From an uncultured Gammaproteobacteria bacterium (GTDB taxonomy: Bacteria > Patescibacteriota > Patescibacteriia > VMEV01 > CAYQCH01), in the NCBI GenBank assembly GCA_964503955.1, contig CAZDCG010000002.1, positions 141,047 to 205,046 on the forward strand: a stretch of 64,000 bases of DNA. Direction: 5' to 3'. A program made the translations under genes and the position numbers. Numbering within the stretch: the stretch's first letter is position 1; the number at the start of each line of letters is the position of its first letter. Below the pieces are notes generated by a model that was given only the letters and a program-made list of their open reading frames with translations, had not been told where the DNA came from and searched no databases. Positions 46,747 through 56,678 of this stretch are shown one piece after another.

Positions 46747-47862
46747 ATGGTGAACAATAATGCTATTCAAGTCGCTCAAGTTGTTTCCACCTATCCTCCG
46801 TACCGGGGCGGCATGGGGAATATTGCCTATGCCTATACCGATAAACTGCGCCAGAAAGGCCATAACGTGATGGTTTATACGCCTGACTATGGAGCCTCTG
46901 CGGCCGGGCAGGATCATGTCAGGTGTCTAAAACCATTGATACGGTACGGAAACGCGGCCTTTTTACCGCAGCTTCCTTTGCATCTGAAACAGGCAGATAT
47001 CATCCACCTGCATTTGCCATTCTTCGGCGGAGCGGAATGGCTTGCTCTCACAAAACCAAAGGCACCTTTGGTGATCAGCTACCATATGGACGTACAGGGA
47101 TCCGGTTTTTTGAAACCTGTCTTTAAGACGCATCGCAAACTCTTTTTCAAGAAGATGCTAAACAAAGCGGATAAGATACTCGTTTCTACCAGAGACTATG
47201 CTGACCATAGCTGGTTGGCGGCATATCCGGAATTTCAAAACAGGATCGAGATTCTTCCTTTTGGGGTTGATGAAGCGTTTTTGCCGGCGCAAAACCGAGA
47301 GGAAGACGAATCTTGCAGATTTCTATTCGTGGCTGGATTGGATAAAGCGCATTATTTCAAGGGGCTGGATGTCCTCCTTGAGGCCTTGGCGCGTATAAAG
47401 GATCTTCATTGGTCATTAGAGGTAGTAGGCAGCGGCGATTTGCGCCCTGATTATGAACGGACTGCTGCTAATCTTTTGATCCGCGACAGAGTACGCTTCC
47501 TTGGCGGCCTTTCACGACAGGAGCTTATCGCGGCTTACCAGCGAAGCAACGCGACGGTTTTGCCATCTATTGACCGTTCTGAATCATTCGGGCTGGTCCT
47601 GATTGAATCCATGGCCTGCGGCACACCAGTGATTGCATCCGATCTTCCCGGCGTTCGCTCCGTGCTTGTTCCTGGTTCAACAGGCTTTTTGGCAAAAACG
47701 GGAGATGCCTATGACTTGGCTGAAACACTGAAAAAAATGATTGCTTTAGACAAACCTGCGTATCAGCGCATGCGCGAGGCTTCAGCGCGGCTGGTTGATC
47801 AAACCTACAGATGGCCGCGCATTATCAGCCGTCTTGAGGAAATCTACCGCGAGCTTGTATGA
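46747..47862 (+). CDS. Family-4 (GT-B) glycosyltransferase
   Basis: ESFGLVLIESMACGTPVIASDLPG. Confidence 0.8.
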   Translation: MVNNNAIQVAQVVSTYPPYRGGMGNIAYAYTDKLRQKGHNVMVYTPDYGASAAGQDHVRCLKPLIRYGNAAFLPQLPLHLKQADIIHLHLPFFGGAEWLALTKPKAPLVISYHMDVQGSGFLKPVFKTHRKLFFKKMLNKADKILVSTRDYADHSWLAAYPEFQNRIEILPFGVDEAFLPAQNREEDESCRFLFVAGLDKAHYFKGLDVLLEALARIKDLHWSLEVVGSGDLRPDYERTAANLLIRDRVRFLGGLSRQELIAAYQRSNATVLPSIDRSESFGLVLIESMACGTPVIASDLPGVRSVLVPGSTGFLAKTGDAYDLAETLKKMIALDKPAYQRMREASARLVDQTYRWPRIISRLEEIYRELV

Positions 47863-49043
47863 AGATTCTTGTGATTTCCAACCTGTATGAGCCGTATGCC
47901 CGCGGGGGAGCCGAGGTTATCGTCAAGCGTACGATTGAGGAAATGATCAGACAAGGGCATCAGGTCACTCTGATAACGGCAAAACCCTTTTCGGGTTTTT
48001 CATCGCTGAGACCGCAAATGGAATCTCAAGACAGCCTTCGCATCTGGCGTTTTTATCCGCTTAATGTGTTTTTCTACGCGCATGACGGCAAATGGCCTCT
48101 TCCTTTGCGTCTGATCTGGCATGCTTTTGATTTGTTTAACCTTCATTCCGCCTTCCTGGCTGCAAAGCTTCTTAAGCAGGAGCAACCAGACCTTGTCATC
48201 ACGCATAATCTCATGGGGCTTGGATATGTCATGGTGCCGTTGATCCTCAAAAGCAAGGTCCGCCATATCCATATTCTTCATGACATTCAGCTTGCGGTGC
48301 GAAGCGGTTTGATGAAACGGGGAGAGGAAGGGGCTTGGTTTGTCAGCGGTCTCACCGCCAGAATCTATCAGCGGATGGTAAAAAAATTCTTTGGGTCTCC
48401 GGACCGGGTCATTTCTCCTTCAGCCTTTTTGAAGAATTTTTACGCACAAAGGGGGTATTTCCCAAGCACTAAGATGGAAGTACTTAGAAATCCGATTGAC
48501 CCTCGTTTTTTTCAAACAATGCTTGAACATCAGGCTACAGAAGAGATTCGATTCGCTTATGTCGGGCAATTGGCCGAACATAAAGGCATCAAAACGCTCT
48601 TGGCCGCCTTTGAGAGCATGGCGGGAGCTTCTTTACACATTGCGGGCGACGGTCCTTGTCGTAAGCTCGTGGAAGCGGCCGCGTCAAAGAACGCAAATGT
48701 GGTCTATCATGGCAGGTTGCCCAATGAAGCGCTGCCGGCGTTCTTTGAAGAGATAGATGCCACGATTTTGCCGACGGAAACGTATGAGAACTCACCAACC
48801 GTGGTGTTTGAATCGCTTGCTTGCGGCCGGCCGGTGATTGTTAGCCGTATTGGCGGAGCGGCCGAGCCTGTCAAAGAAGGGGAAAATGGGTTTACCTTTG
48901 AGCCGGGGAATATTGACGAATTGAAGAAAAAAATAACAGAAATGATGGGGAAGCATCATTTGATGCGAGAAGCAGCTCGTCAATCCGTTCAGCCCTATCA
49001 GCAAAGCGAATATGTGCGCAAGCTTCTCAGTTTAGAAACCTAA
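47859..49043 (+). CDS. Family-4 (GT-B) glycosyltransferase
   Basis: ARGGAEVIV ... ENSPTVVFESLACGRPVIVSRIGG. Confidence 0.8.
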   Translation: MKILVISNLYEPYARGGAEVIVKRTIEEMIRQGHQVTLITAKPFSGFSSLRPQMESQDSLRIWRFYPLNVFFYAHDGKWPLPLRLIWHAFDLFNLHSAFLAAKLLKQEQPDLVITHNLMGLGYVMVPLILKSKVRHIHILHDIQLAVRSGLMKRGEEGAWFVSGLTARIYQRMVKKFFGSPDRVISPSAFLKNFYAQRGYFPSTKMEVLRNPIDPRFFQTMLEHQATEEIRFAYVGQLAEHKGIKTLLAAFESMAGASLHIAGDGPCRKLVEAAASKNANVVYHGRLPNEALPAFFEEIDATILPTETYENSPTVVFESLACGRPVIVSRIGGAAEPVKEGENGFTFEPGNIDELKKKITEMMGKHHLMREAARQSVQPYQQSEYVRKLLSLET

Positions 49044-51164
49044 TTCCTCGAGAGAAAATCGATAGGTAAAAATCATGTTTTTCCCGCCCTCGGTTTCGCG
49101 CCGCTCATCGGCTTCATTAGAGGCGATTTGAGCCAGCTGTTCGGCATTATGCCAGTAGTCGCTGAGAATGAAGTGGACCGTTGAGACGCCAGCCTGTTTG
49201 GCGGCTTCAAGCGCCTTGTCGCGCGTCGGTGATCCGTAGACCATGTCTAAATAGAGGCCGTACAAAGTTCCCGAGGTAGGGACTGAGTAAAAAAAGGCTT
49301 CTTCTCCGTTCTGCAGACTGTAGTAGCGGGCAAAGCCGAATTCCTGAATAGCCGCCGCTGAAAGACTCTGATTTGCCAGCACAACGAAATCCTGATCAGG
49401 AGGCAAGAGGCGCACCGTTTGCGTGTCGGCCGCGCGGACATTGTATTGCCGCCCGATCTCGTGCCGGCTATTGCGCGGATAGGAAACGAATAAGGTCGAG
49501 CAAAATACAAGCGGCAAAAACAGGATGAGGAAGAGGGAAAACGATTTAGGTGCTTTATGCAGCTTTTGTTTAAGCCAGATCATGCCAAGCATGAGAATAG
49601 GAAGCAGGGTAAGCAGCGCCAGATAAAAAACCCGCCGCGGATAATCGAGCTGCTCGTAGCCGATCACGGATGGAAAAGGGGAGAAGCCCGCAAGCAGGAC
49701 GGCCCCAAAAGCCAGAGCGAGGGCAAATCCGCCGTAGAAAGAGGCAATTGAGCGCTCTCCTCGATCAAGCAGCCAGATTAACGTGATCAGAGCAAGCAGA
49801 ATGGCAAGCAGAATGCTGCTTTGCCCCAGCAAATAGCCAAACTGGGAAAAGAGATCTCTTGCGGGTGCAAGCCATTGGCCTGGCCAGACCGGCAGCCAAT
49901 GAAGGCTTTCTGCAATGGAATTGAATTTCCAGGCAATAGGTGCTTCTGCGGTTCGTAACCGCTGATCAATCAGAAATGCCGCAGGAATGGCCAGAGAAGA
50001 GATAAGACTATAGAGCAAAATGAAAAACATTCGAACAGGGCGGTCCCATGTGCGGATGGCATTGCGCGCTGACAAGGCAAAGGCAATGAGCATGCTTGGG
50101 ATGCCGGCCAAAGGATGCGTAAACAGCGCAAGAATCGCGCAGGACCAGATAAGCGCAAGCGTCTTTTTCGTGGAAACTTGCTGCCGCAAGAGAGGGAAGG
50201 CGAGCAGCAAGATTGTCAGAAAGAAGAGATCGGCCAAAGCCTGCGGGGTGCTTGAGATAAAAACTCCGTACGGCATGGCCAAAACAAAGATCGCAAGCCA
50301 GAGAGGCGTTCGTTTCGCATCAAAGAAGAAAAGAAGGAGGGGCAAAGCAAACGAGAAAAGGACCGGCACAAGCCAGCGGTCTATTGTCTGCACCGCAATA
50401 CCAAGAAGATGGTGCAAGCCGACCACGATACTATACTGGCCAAGATAATACGGTGTTTTAGGAAGGATTGCTCCTTCTTTGACGATAGCCAACTCAGCCG
50501 CCTGATGCAGGAAAGGATCAAAGCCGTATCCAAGCTTATAGATAATAACTGCAATAGACGTACTGAGAAGCAGGTGGCCGGCTGTCATGAAATAAACAAG
50601 CAAACCAGGCTGCAGAATTCTTGCGCCCGCCAAAACCATGGCGGAAAGGATGAAGTAGAGGATCCAAAAATCAGCTCCAAGGTGATTCCAGGGAGAGAGC
50701 AGAATATCGGTTGTCGATGCTTTTCCGAGCTGAACAAAAAGAGTACTCAGGGTGAAAATGAAGAGGGAAAACAAGACGATCTGACGACGTGATAGCGACT
50801 TCAAGTTGAAATGGATGTCCAAGGGTTCAGCTTCCTCAGCTCCAAGTTTATTGCGCAAAATTGCCAGAATAACCGGCAAAAGCAGGAAAATACCGGCCTG
50901 AAACGGCTTTGAAAGGCCAAAGGCGAGATAGGTGATGAGCTGGAGCAAAGAGAAAAGCAGGAAGAGGATGCCTGCGCCTCCAAGAACCCGCACCCAAGCC
51001 GGATAGCCCTTAAACGCCTGCGCGAGAAAAAGCGATTGAACAACCACAAAAATACCTCCTGAAATCATGCCGACAACCGGATGTTGCCAGATGAACAAAT
51101 TCAGCAAAACAGGAAGCGCCAGAAAAAAGGATGCTGTGATATACTGAAAACTGTTGAGCGTCAT
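49032..51164 (-). CDS. Large polytopic membrane protein (putative GT-C-type glycosyltransferase or polymerase)
   Basis: More than 14 predicted TM helices, then a C-terminal soluble domain. Convergent with the GT operon. Confidence 0.5.
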   Translation of the reverse strand: MTLNSFQYITASFFLALPVLLNLFIWQHPVVGMISGGIFVVVQSLFLAQAFKGYPAWVRVLGGAGILFLLFSLLQLITYLAFGLSKPFQAGIFLLLPVILAILRNKLGAEEAEPLDIHFNLKSLSRRQIVLFSLFIFTLSTLFVQLGKASTTDILLSPWNHLGADFWILYFILSAMVLAGARILQPGLLVYFMTAGHLLLSTSIAVIIYKLGYGFDPFLHQAAELAIVKEGAILPKTPYYLGQYSIVVGLHHLLGIAVQTIDRWLVPVLFSFALPLLLFFFDAKRTPLWLAIFVLAMPYGVFISSTPQALADLFFLTILLLAFPLLRQQVSTKKTLALIWSCAILALFTHPLAGIPSMLIAFALSARNAIRTWDRPVRMFFILLYSLISSLAIPAAFLIDQRLRTAEAPIAWKFNSIAESLHWLPVWPGQWLAPARDLFSQFGYLLGQSSILLAILLALITLIWLLDRGERSIASFYGGFALALAFGAVLLAGFSPFPSVIGYEQLDYPRRVFYLALLTLLPILMLGMIWLKQKLHKAPKSFSLFLILFLPLVFCSTLFVSYPRNSRHEIGRQYNVRAADTQTVRLLPPDQDFVVLANQSLSAAAIQEFGFARYYSLQNGEEAFFYSVPTSGTLYGLYLDMVYGSPTRDKALEAAKQAGVSTVHFILSDYWHNAEQLAQIASNEADERRETEGGKNMIFTYRFSLEELGF

Positions 51165-51208
51165 AGAATGCTTGATTTTTTAAGTATAGCACAGCTATCC
51201 GCTTCATT

Positions 51209-51778
51209 ATGCAGACCTCGCTGGTCAAACCGCATGACCGCTTCCTGGCAAAGACCTTGCTTCGCCTGATTCCGGGGTGGGTTCAGCCAAATCATTTGAC
51301 CATCGCCCGCTTTGTCACCACGCCGCTTGTCATGTGGATTACCATTCAAAAACAATATGCTTTGGCAATTCCGGTATTTCTGCTGATCGCCTTTACCGAT
51401 GTGCTTGACGGATCCCTGGCCCGCGTTCGTTCACGCGTGACTTCATGGGGGAAAATCTACGATCCCGTGGCTGACAAACTCTTGATCGGCTCGCTCGTGG
51501 CTATTCTTGTGATTCAACACCTCGGCTTTTATCTGGGGCTTGCCATTCTGCTTATCGAATCTTCTTTTATCGCATTGGGGTGGTGGAAATTACTAAACGG
51601 GCATCAGGTGCAGGCAAATAGATGGGGGAAGGTAAAAATGTTTCTTGAAGTGCTGGCCGTTACCTTGCTGCTCATCGGATTGGCTACGGGAGTACAGGAA
51701 TTATTCGGTATCTCGGCCACAACGCTGTATCTGGCCATATTCTTTGCGGTCATCAGCTTATTTACGAGCGGAATATGA
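51209..51778 (+). CDS. CDP-alcohol phosphatidyltransferase family protein
   Basis: DVLDGSLARVRSRVTSWGKIYDPVADK (D-G-x2-AR...G...D-x3-D). Confidence 0.8.
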   Translation: MQTSLVKPHDRFLAKTLLRLIPGWVQPNHLTIARFVTTPLVMWITIQKQYALAIPVFLLIAFTDVLDGSLARVRSRVTSWGKIYDPVADKLLIGSLVAILVIQHLGFYLGLAILLIESSFIALGWWKLLNGHQVQANRWGKVKMFLEVLAVTLLLIGLATGVQELFGISATTLYLAIFFAVISLFTSGI

Positions 51779-52317
51779 TCCTGCTGCTAAAATCGCTTTT
51801 CTTTGCGCTGCCGATCTTTGCGGGAAATATCGCCCCCGTTCTTGTGAAACGGGTTCGTTTTCTTTCCGCTCCCATCGATGGCGGAAGGTTCTTTCGCGGG
51901 CAGCGGATTCTAGGCGATCATAAAACATGGAGAGGGCTGATTTCAGGTGTTTTGCTTGGGGCTTTTACCGGACTCATACAGGCGGTCTTGTTTGCCCGCT
52001 TTGAGGTGATCAGAGAAATCAGCGTGGTTGAATATCATCTGTCGTTTGCGGTGATACTGGGAGCCATCATGGGGTTTGGCGCGCTTGCGGGCGACGCGGT
52101 CAAAAGTTTCTTCAAGCGCCGCGCAGGCCTGCCATCCGGATCCTCCTGGCCTTTGTATGACCAGCTTGATTTCATTATCGGCGGTCTGCTCTTTGCGGCA
52201 CTGCTGGTCAATCCTGGGCTTGATGTCATATTAATCCTCTTCTTTGTCACCCCGTTTTTGCATTTGTTCACCAATATGCTTTCCTATGCTATTGGCCTTA
52301 AAGAGGTACCCTGGTAG
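51775..52317 (+). CDS. CDP-archaeol synthase-like (CarS / DUF46 family) membrane protein
   Basis: PIFAGNIAPVLVKR ... PIDGGRFFRGQRILGDHKTWRG resembles the archaeal CarS core (...GKxFRGKRIxGDGKTWRG). Confidence 0.6.
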   Translation: MILLLKSLFFALPIFAGNIAPVLVKRVRFLSAPIDGGRFFRGQRILGDHKTWRGLISGVLLGAFTGLIQAVLFARFEVIREISVVEYHLSFAVILGAIMGFGALAGDAVKSFFKRRAGLPSGSSWPLYDQLDFIIGGLLFAALLVNPGLDVILILFFVTPFLHLFTNMLSYAIGLKEVPW

Positions 52318-52319
52318 GT

Positions 52320-52925
52320 ATGGATCTTGATCTCATCAATAAAAGAGGACAGCAATTGCGGGCAAAGCTTTTTGCCCCGATTTTCCCGATTCTGACAAAG
52401 CTTGGCTTTACCCCCATGCGTTTGACCTGCCTGCGATTGATCGGCGGAGTGGTATTTGTCTTTATGCTTCCAAAAGCACCAAAGACGGCTTTTATCATTC
52501 TCATGCTCGCGGCTTTGCTAGACTGGATAGACGGCGGACTTGCCAGGTATCAGCAGGTCGCGTCTGACCGCGGAAAATTCTGGGACGTGCTTGTGGACCA
52601 TACAAACTATGTTCTGGCCGTCTTCGCGTTTATCAGGCTTGGCGTTTTTTCGCCCGTGATCCTTTCATACCACCTTGTCATCGTTCCCATTCTCTACCTC
52701 CTGGCGACAATCAAAGAAAGCGAGCACCGTAAAACTGATTGGATCATCTATCCGTTCTATGCAATCGTCTACTTCAAGCCAGTCGGTATTCTCGTGGCAT
52801 TTCTGTATATCTGGTTTGAGATCAATCAGGTGAATCTGGTGATTGCTCTGCTCAATGCGGTTATGACGCTTTTTGCCGTAAGGTTTGCGATAGAGTTGCA
52901 TCAGCGGTGGAAAAAACAATCATGA
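52320..52925 (+). CDS. CDP-alcohol phosphatidyltransferase family protein (second copy)
   Basis: LDWIDGGLARYQQVASDRGKFWDVLVDH. Confidence 0.75.
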   Translation: MDLDLINKRGQQLRAKLFAPIFPILTKLGFTPMRLTCLRLIGGVVFVFMLPKAPKTAFIILMLAALLDWIDGGLARYQQVASDRGKFWDVLVDHTNYVLAVFAFIRLGVFSPVILSYHLVIVPILYLLATIKESEHRKTDWIIYPFYAIVYFKPVGILVAFLYIWFEINQVNLVIALLNAVMTLFAVRFAIELHQRWKKQS

Positions 52926-54511
52926 GTTTACTCAAACGATTTCGGAAATTTCTGCTTGATCAACCGGCGGCTGCGCTGGTTCTTTTGGCTCTGCCATTTG
53001 TCTTCATCTACGGAAGCTTTTATCTTGGATCTGGCCAGATCTATAATTCTCCTGATGAAACCGCCAATGCCGTTTTTTTACAGCGATACGCACAGGAACA
53101 AACATTTTTTTACCCGATTGAAAGCGATTTGCCCGAACAGGTAATGCCTCGAAGTGTACAGCGCAGGGGAGCATATCTGGTTCCCACAGGATTTTTGGGC
53201 TTGCCGTTGTTTTACGGCCTGCTTGTGGCAGTGCTTGGTGTATGGATCATGCCATTTCTTACACCCCTTTTTGCAGCCGGTGCGTCGGTCGCGTTTTTCT
53301 TCATTTTGCGGCGGGTTTTTGATGAGAAAACCGCCTTTCTCTCGGCGGTCTTTTTGCTTTTTCTGCCGCAATGGTGGCATTTTGCCGCCAAAGGGTTTTT
53401 GCCCAATGTCCCTTTCTTTGCCTGTTTTCTGATTGGCCTGTCTCTGCTCATTGCCGCGCATGATGCGCTTGTGCGAACAAAGCAGGCGGGGCTTGGCTTG
53501 ATGGGAGGCGTTTTCGTTGCTGCCGCTTTGCTGATTCGGCCGGCGGAAATGTGGTGGTTCATTTTTGTGTTCATGGTTCTTGGAGTTGTTTATCGCAACC
53601 GGATTCGCCTGGCGGCTTTGATTGGCATGGCAGCGGGAGGGGGGCTTATGCTGCTTGTATGGATGCCTGTTCAGGTACAGACATATGGCTCGCTTTTTGC
53701 CAGCGGATACGGAACGGGGCAGGCCATAACCGGAGAATCGGCCGCGGCTTTTTCATCTGTGTTCTTTCCCTTTGGAATCGATTTGTTCAGGGTTTTCGCT
53801 TCCATGTTCTCATTTATTGTTCAACTGTTTTGGTGGCAGATTTTACTTGCCTGTGCGGGGATGATTTTTCTTTGGAAAGGCGGACAATCTCTTTCTCATC
53901 ATCAACGGGTCTATGTTGGGATCAGCATAGCGGTGGCCGTTTACCTCTTTTTGCTCTATGGTTCCTGGCCGATTCAGGATGATCTTGATCCGGATCGGGT
54001 GAGCATCGGTATTTCCTATGTCCGGTACTGGCTTCCTGTTTTTGTCGCGCTCATTCCGTTCATGGTGATAGGCATAGACCGGCTGGCAAATATGATCATG
54101 CCAAAGGCGAAGAAGGCAGGCGCCGTCTTCTTTGTTGCCGTCCTGCTCGCTCATACGGTCTTTGTCCATGCCGCCGGCGACGATCATCTTTCTGCGCTCA
54201 GGAAAAATATTGTACACTACCAGCAGCTGCGCGAGCTTGCTTCCACTTTGCCGGAATCATCAATCATTTTAAGCGAGCGCATGGACAAAGTCTTTTGGCC
54301 TGAGCGCAAGGTGATTGAAATCAGGGGAGACAGATTCACCATTCTTGATGATCTTGCCCCGACGCAAGAACGCCTCTTCTGGTTTACCATCCTGCCGGCT
54401 GATCATGTGGGCGTGCTTGAGCAGCGCGAATTTCTGCCCCGCGGATACCGGCTAAACAAGGCCTTTTCGCATGAGGCCGGCACCATGTATCAGCTCATTC
54501 CTCGACTATGA
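52922..54511 (+). CDS. Polytopic membrane protein (putative GT-C fold glycosyltransferase)
   Basis: ATGA overlap with the upstream stop. About 12 TM helices plus a C-terminal soluble domain. Confidence 0.5.
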   Translation: MSLLKRFRKFLLDQPAAALVLLALPFVFIYGSFYLGSGQIYNSPDETANAVFLQRYAQEQTFFYPIESDLPEQVMPRSVQRRGAYLVPTGFLGLPLFYGLLVAVLGVWIMPFLTPLFAAGASVAFFFILRRVFDEKTAFLSAVFLLFLPQWWHFAAKGFLPNVPFFACFLIGLSLLIAAHDALVRTKQAGLGLMGGVFVAAALLIRPAEMWWFIFVFMVLGVVYRNRIRLAALIGMAAGGGLMLLVWMPVQVQTYGSLFASGYGTGQAITGESAAAFSSVFFPFGIDLFRVFASMFSFIVQLFWWQILLACAGMIFLWKGGQSLSHHQRVYVGISIAVAVYLFLLYGSWPIQDDLDPDRVSIGISYVRYWLPVFVALIPFMVIGIDRLANMIMPKAKKAGAVFFVAVLLAHTVFVHAAGDDHLSALRKNIVHYQQLRELASTLPESSIILSERMDKVFWPERKVIEIRGDRFTILDDLAPTQERLFWFTILPADHVGVLEQREFLPRGYRLNKAFSHEAGTMYQLIPRL

Positions 54512-56010
54512 CCGCTTATTCTTACCAACGGATTTTGCTTGCGGTACGGATTCTCCTCATCCTGAGCTTTATCGGGATTTTTGGCTTTCTTGTTTCCAGA
54601 GATTTGGTTCTATCCGGCAAGATCAGCTATACATTCGATTTTTTGCGTTCAACTCCGTTCTTTTCAGAAGCCGTGCCGCTTGACCGCACAGAAAAGACGA
54701 GCGCGGGCGTGCGTATCATTGATGAGCCGGTCTATGTTTCATTGTTTTATCCGCGTCCGTTTCAGCAGGTTGACGTGCAAGTGGAATTTTCAAACCCGGA
54801 TCTGCTTTTTCTAGAAATGGGGCCGTTGACAGGAATCCCTGAAACCTATGACAGGCAGGCGCTCTATCATCCTCAGCTTGAACAATTAACTGTTTCATCT
54901 GACTGGCTGCTGTCTGACAATGATCTTTTCCAGCGGCAGAGTGCTGATTACCGGTACGCGTCTGCCGACCAGCTTTTTGACCAGCCGGCCGCTCAGCAGC
55001 TTGTCGGTTATTACGGTTTTGACTGGCCAACCCCGTACCTGCCTGAATTCACGTCGCAAAGAGAAGCATCGATTCTGTATCCATTGCATGGGCCGCATAA
55101 AACGCTTATTGCACTTAATCAGGATCAACTTGATTTGCGCCTCACCGTAAGCAGCTATCATGATCTGGCCGGCGACGATCATGTCACCGTCCGCCTGCGC
55201 GACTGGCAGGGGAATGAGCTTGCCGTGCGTAGAATCGATCAGGAGGAAAGGCCGCTTGGCGTGACGGGAAATAAGCTCACGGAAGAGTTGCAATTTACGG
55301 GCCTGACGTATCCAGCCGTCTATCGTCTCGACATTGAAACAACAAACGATACGGTGATCCATGAGCTTGAAGTAAATACGCCGTATCTTGTTTTTGACGG
55401 GTCCATCCGTCTGGCCGGCGGCCCGCAATATGAAGAGGCGTACGGTTCGCTTGATATCAGCGGTTCGTCCTTGATTTCAGGTGCGCGATCCTGGCATGCA
55501 GTTACGGAGTCTTTTGATTCTTTGCAGACCTTGCGCATGGCGGATGCCTCCGTGACATTGGCTCGGCCGCTTGAGGCTGTGCGATTTTCTCCGGCCAGGT
55601 CTTTCCGTTTTCTCATCAATCGCGGGTATGAAATTTATCTTCAAAAAGGCGATGTGATGCTGCAGGGCAAAGGAGTTTTTGCAATGACGCAAAACGCGTA
55701 CTTCAACCCGTATCCGTGGTTTGTGGACGGTTCGCTTGATCCGGACCTGCTTGGAATCGACTATGTTGCCGTCCAGTACCGTCCGGTTGAACGTGATGGC
55801 AGCCGGTTCAGGCAAACCATCAACGTCGATTTGGCCAAGGCTTTTGCTCCTGAAAAGCAGCTGCGCATGCAGATTGCCGCTCCGCGCATGTTTGAAGGCC
55901 AGTCATTTGAACTGCATCGTCTGGAGGCTCATTTCTCCTCTGAACCTGTAACGTTCTCTAATGCCAAAGAAAAGTTTATACGCTTCTTTAAGCGGGAAAT
56001 TCTTCGCTGA
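54508..56010 (+). CDS. Hypothetical membrane-anchored protein
   Basis: ATGA overlap. N-terminal TM. No motif recognised. Confidence 0.5.
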   Translation: MTAYSYQRILLAVRILLILSFIGIFGFLVSRDLVLSGKISYTFDFLRSTPFFSEAVPLDRTEKTSAGVRIIDEPVYVSLFYPRPFQQVDVQVEFSNPDLLFLEMGPLTGIPETYDRQALYHPQLEQLTVSSDWLLSDNDLFQRQSADYRYASADQLFDQPAAQQLVGYYGFDWPTPYLPEFTSQREASILYPLHGPHKTLIALNQDQLDLRLTVSSYHDLAGDDHVTVRLRDWQGNELAVRRIDQEERPLGVTGNKLTEELQFTGLTYPAVYRLDIETTNDTVIHELEVNTPYLVFDGSIRLAGGPQYEEAYGSLDISGSSLISGARSWHAVTESFDSLQTLRMADASVTLARPLEAVRFSPARSFRFLINRGYEIYLQKGDVMLQGKGVFAMTQNAYFNPYPWFVDGSLDPDLLGIDYVAVQYRPVERDGSRFRQTINVDLAKAFAPEKQLRMQIAAPRMFEGQSFELHRLEAHFSSEPVTFSNAKEKFIRFFKREILR

Positions 56011-56011
56011 T

Positions 56012-56398
56012 ATGCCTGACCACCATTCCATTCATCGCCTGTTTTGGCTGAAGCTCACTCGAGACATTTTTTCCTACTCGTTTGTTTTCTGGCTGCTTTT
56101 GCTGGTGATGGAAATCATCAAAAAAGGAATCGTGTCCAACTATCTTTCATTGCCGCATTTTGCACTGCTGATTGGTCTTGCCGCGCTCGTGCATCTTGCT
56201 ATCCGTCCTGCAGATACGCTCGCGGAGCAAAAGCCTTCCCGATTTAAGCCATGGCAAATCAATACATTTCTTTCCGTGCTGGCGGCCGTGTTGATTTTGA
56301 TCACGGTTGAAGCATCCGCGGCGTTAACCATTCTTCTCGTCCTTGTTTCCACAGCCACGATTTGGGTGGTGATGGATGTGGTGGGGGAAAAGCCGTGA
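56012..56398 (+). CDS. Hypothetical small membrane protein
   Basis: ATG 1 nt after the upstream stop. Three or four TM segments. Confidence 0.45.
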   Translation: MPDHHSIHRLFWLKLTRDIFSYSFVFWLLLLVMEIIKKGIVSNYLSLPHFALLIGLAALVHLAIRPADTLAEQKPSRFKPWQINTFLSVLAAVLILITVEASAALTILLVLVSTATIWVVMDVVGEKP

Positions 56399-56419
56399 TG
56401 AAGCTTGCGGCAGGCCGAC

Positions 56420-56560
56420 GGCATCCCGAGCGAAATGAATAACTTATATGTAGCTCCCTGTCGTCATTCCCGCGCACGGGTAGGCACGGTATCCCGAGCG
56501 GAATGATCAGTCTTTAAGCAGCTCTCTTTCGTCATTCCCGCGCAGGCGGGAATGACGGGA
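56420..56560. repeat. Two tandem REP-like palindromic units (cgtcattcccgcgc...gcgggaatgacg) immediately 3' of the 56012..56398 gene
   Basis: atcccgagcgaaatga...cgtcattcccgcgcacggg then atcccgagcggaatga...cgtcattcccgcgcaggcgggaatgacgg. The second unit is a perfect 12-bp hairpin. Confidence 0.6.
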
Positions 56561-56571
56561 ACATTAAATTA

Positions 56572-56662
56572 AAAAAAGCCCGGTTGGTGGGGCTTTTTTA
56601 TTATACCGGATGTCTTCTTAAAAAACACGACCCGCGGAGCGGAGGTGGCTCACCGCGGGTCG
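56572..56662. terminator. Convergent terminator pair
   Basis: aaaaaaagcccggttggtggggctttttt (A-tract, hairpin, T-tract). Also gacccgcgg-agcggaggtggctca-ccgcgggtc, which lies 3' of the minus-strand gene 56679..57053. Confidence 0.55.
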
Positions 56663-56678
56663 GGGAGAATGGGCTGAG

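Noticed and set aside
43449-56398. Calling the glycosyltransferase locus an O-antigen/LPS cluster
   Set aside because: No LPS-specific genes (Wzx/Wzy/Lpt) are recognisable and the organism looks monoderm or CPR-like. I left it as a generic glycan/lipid-linked polymer locus.
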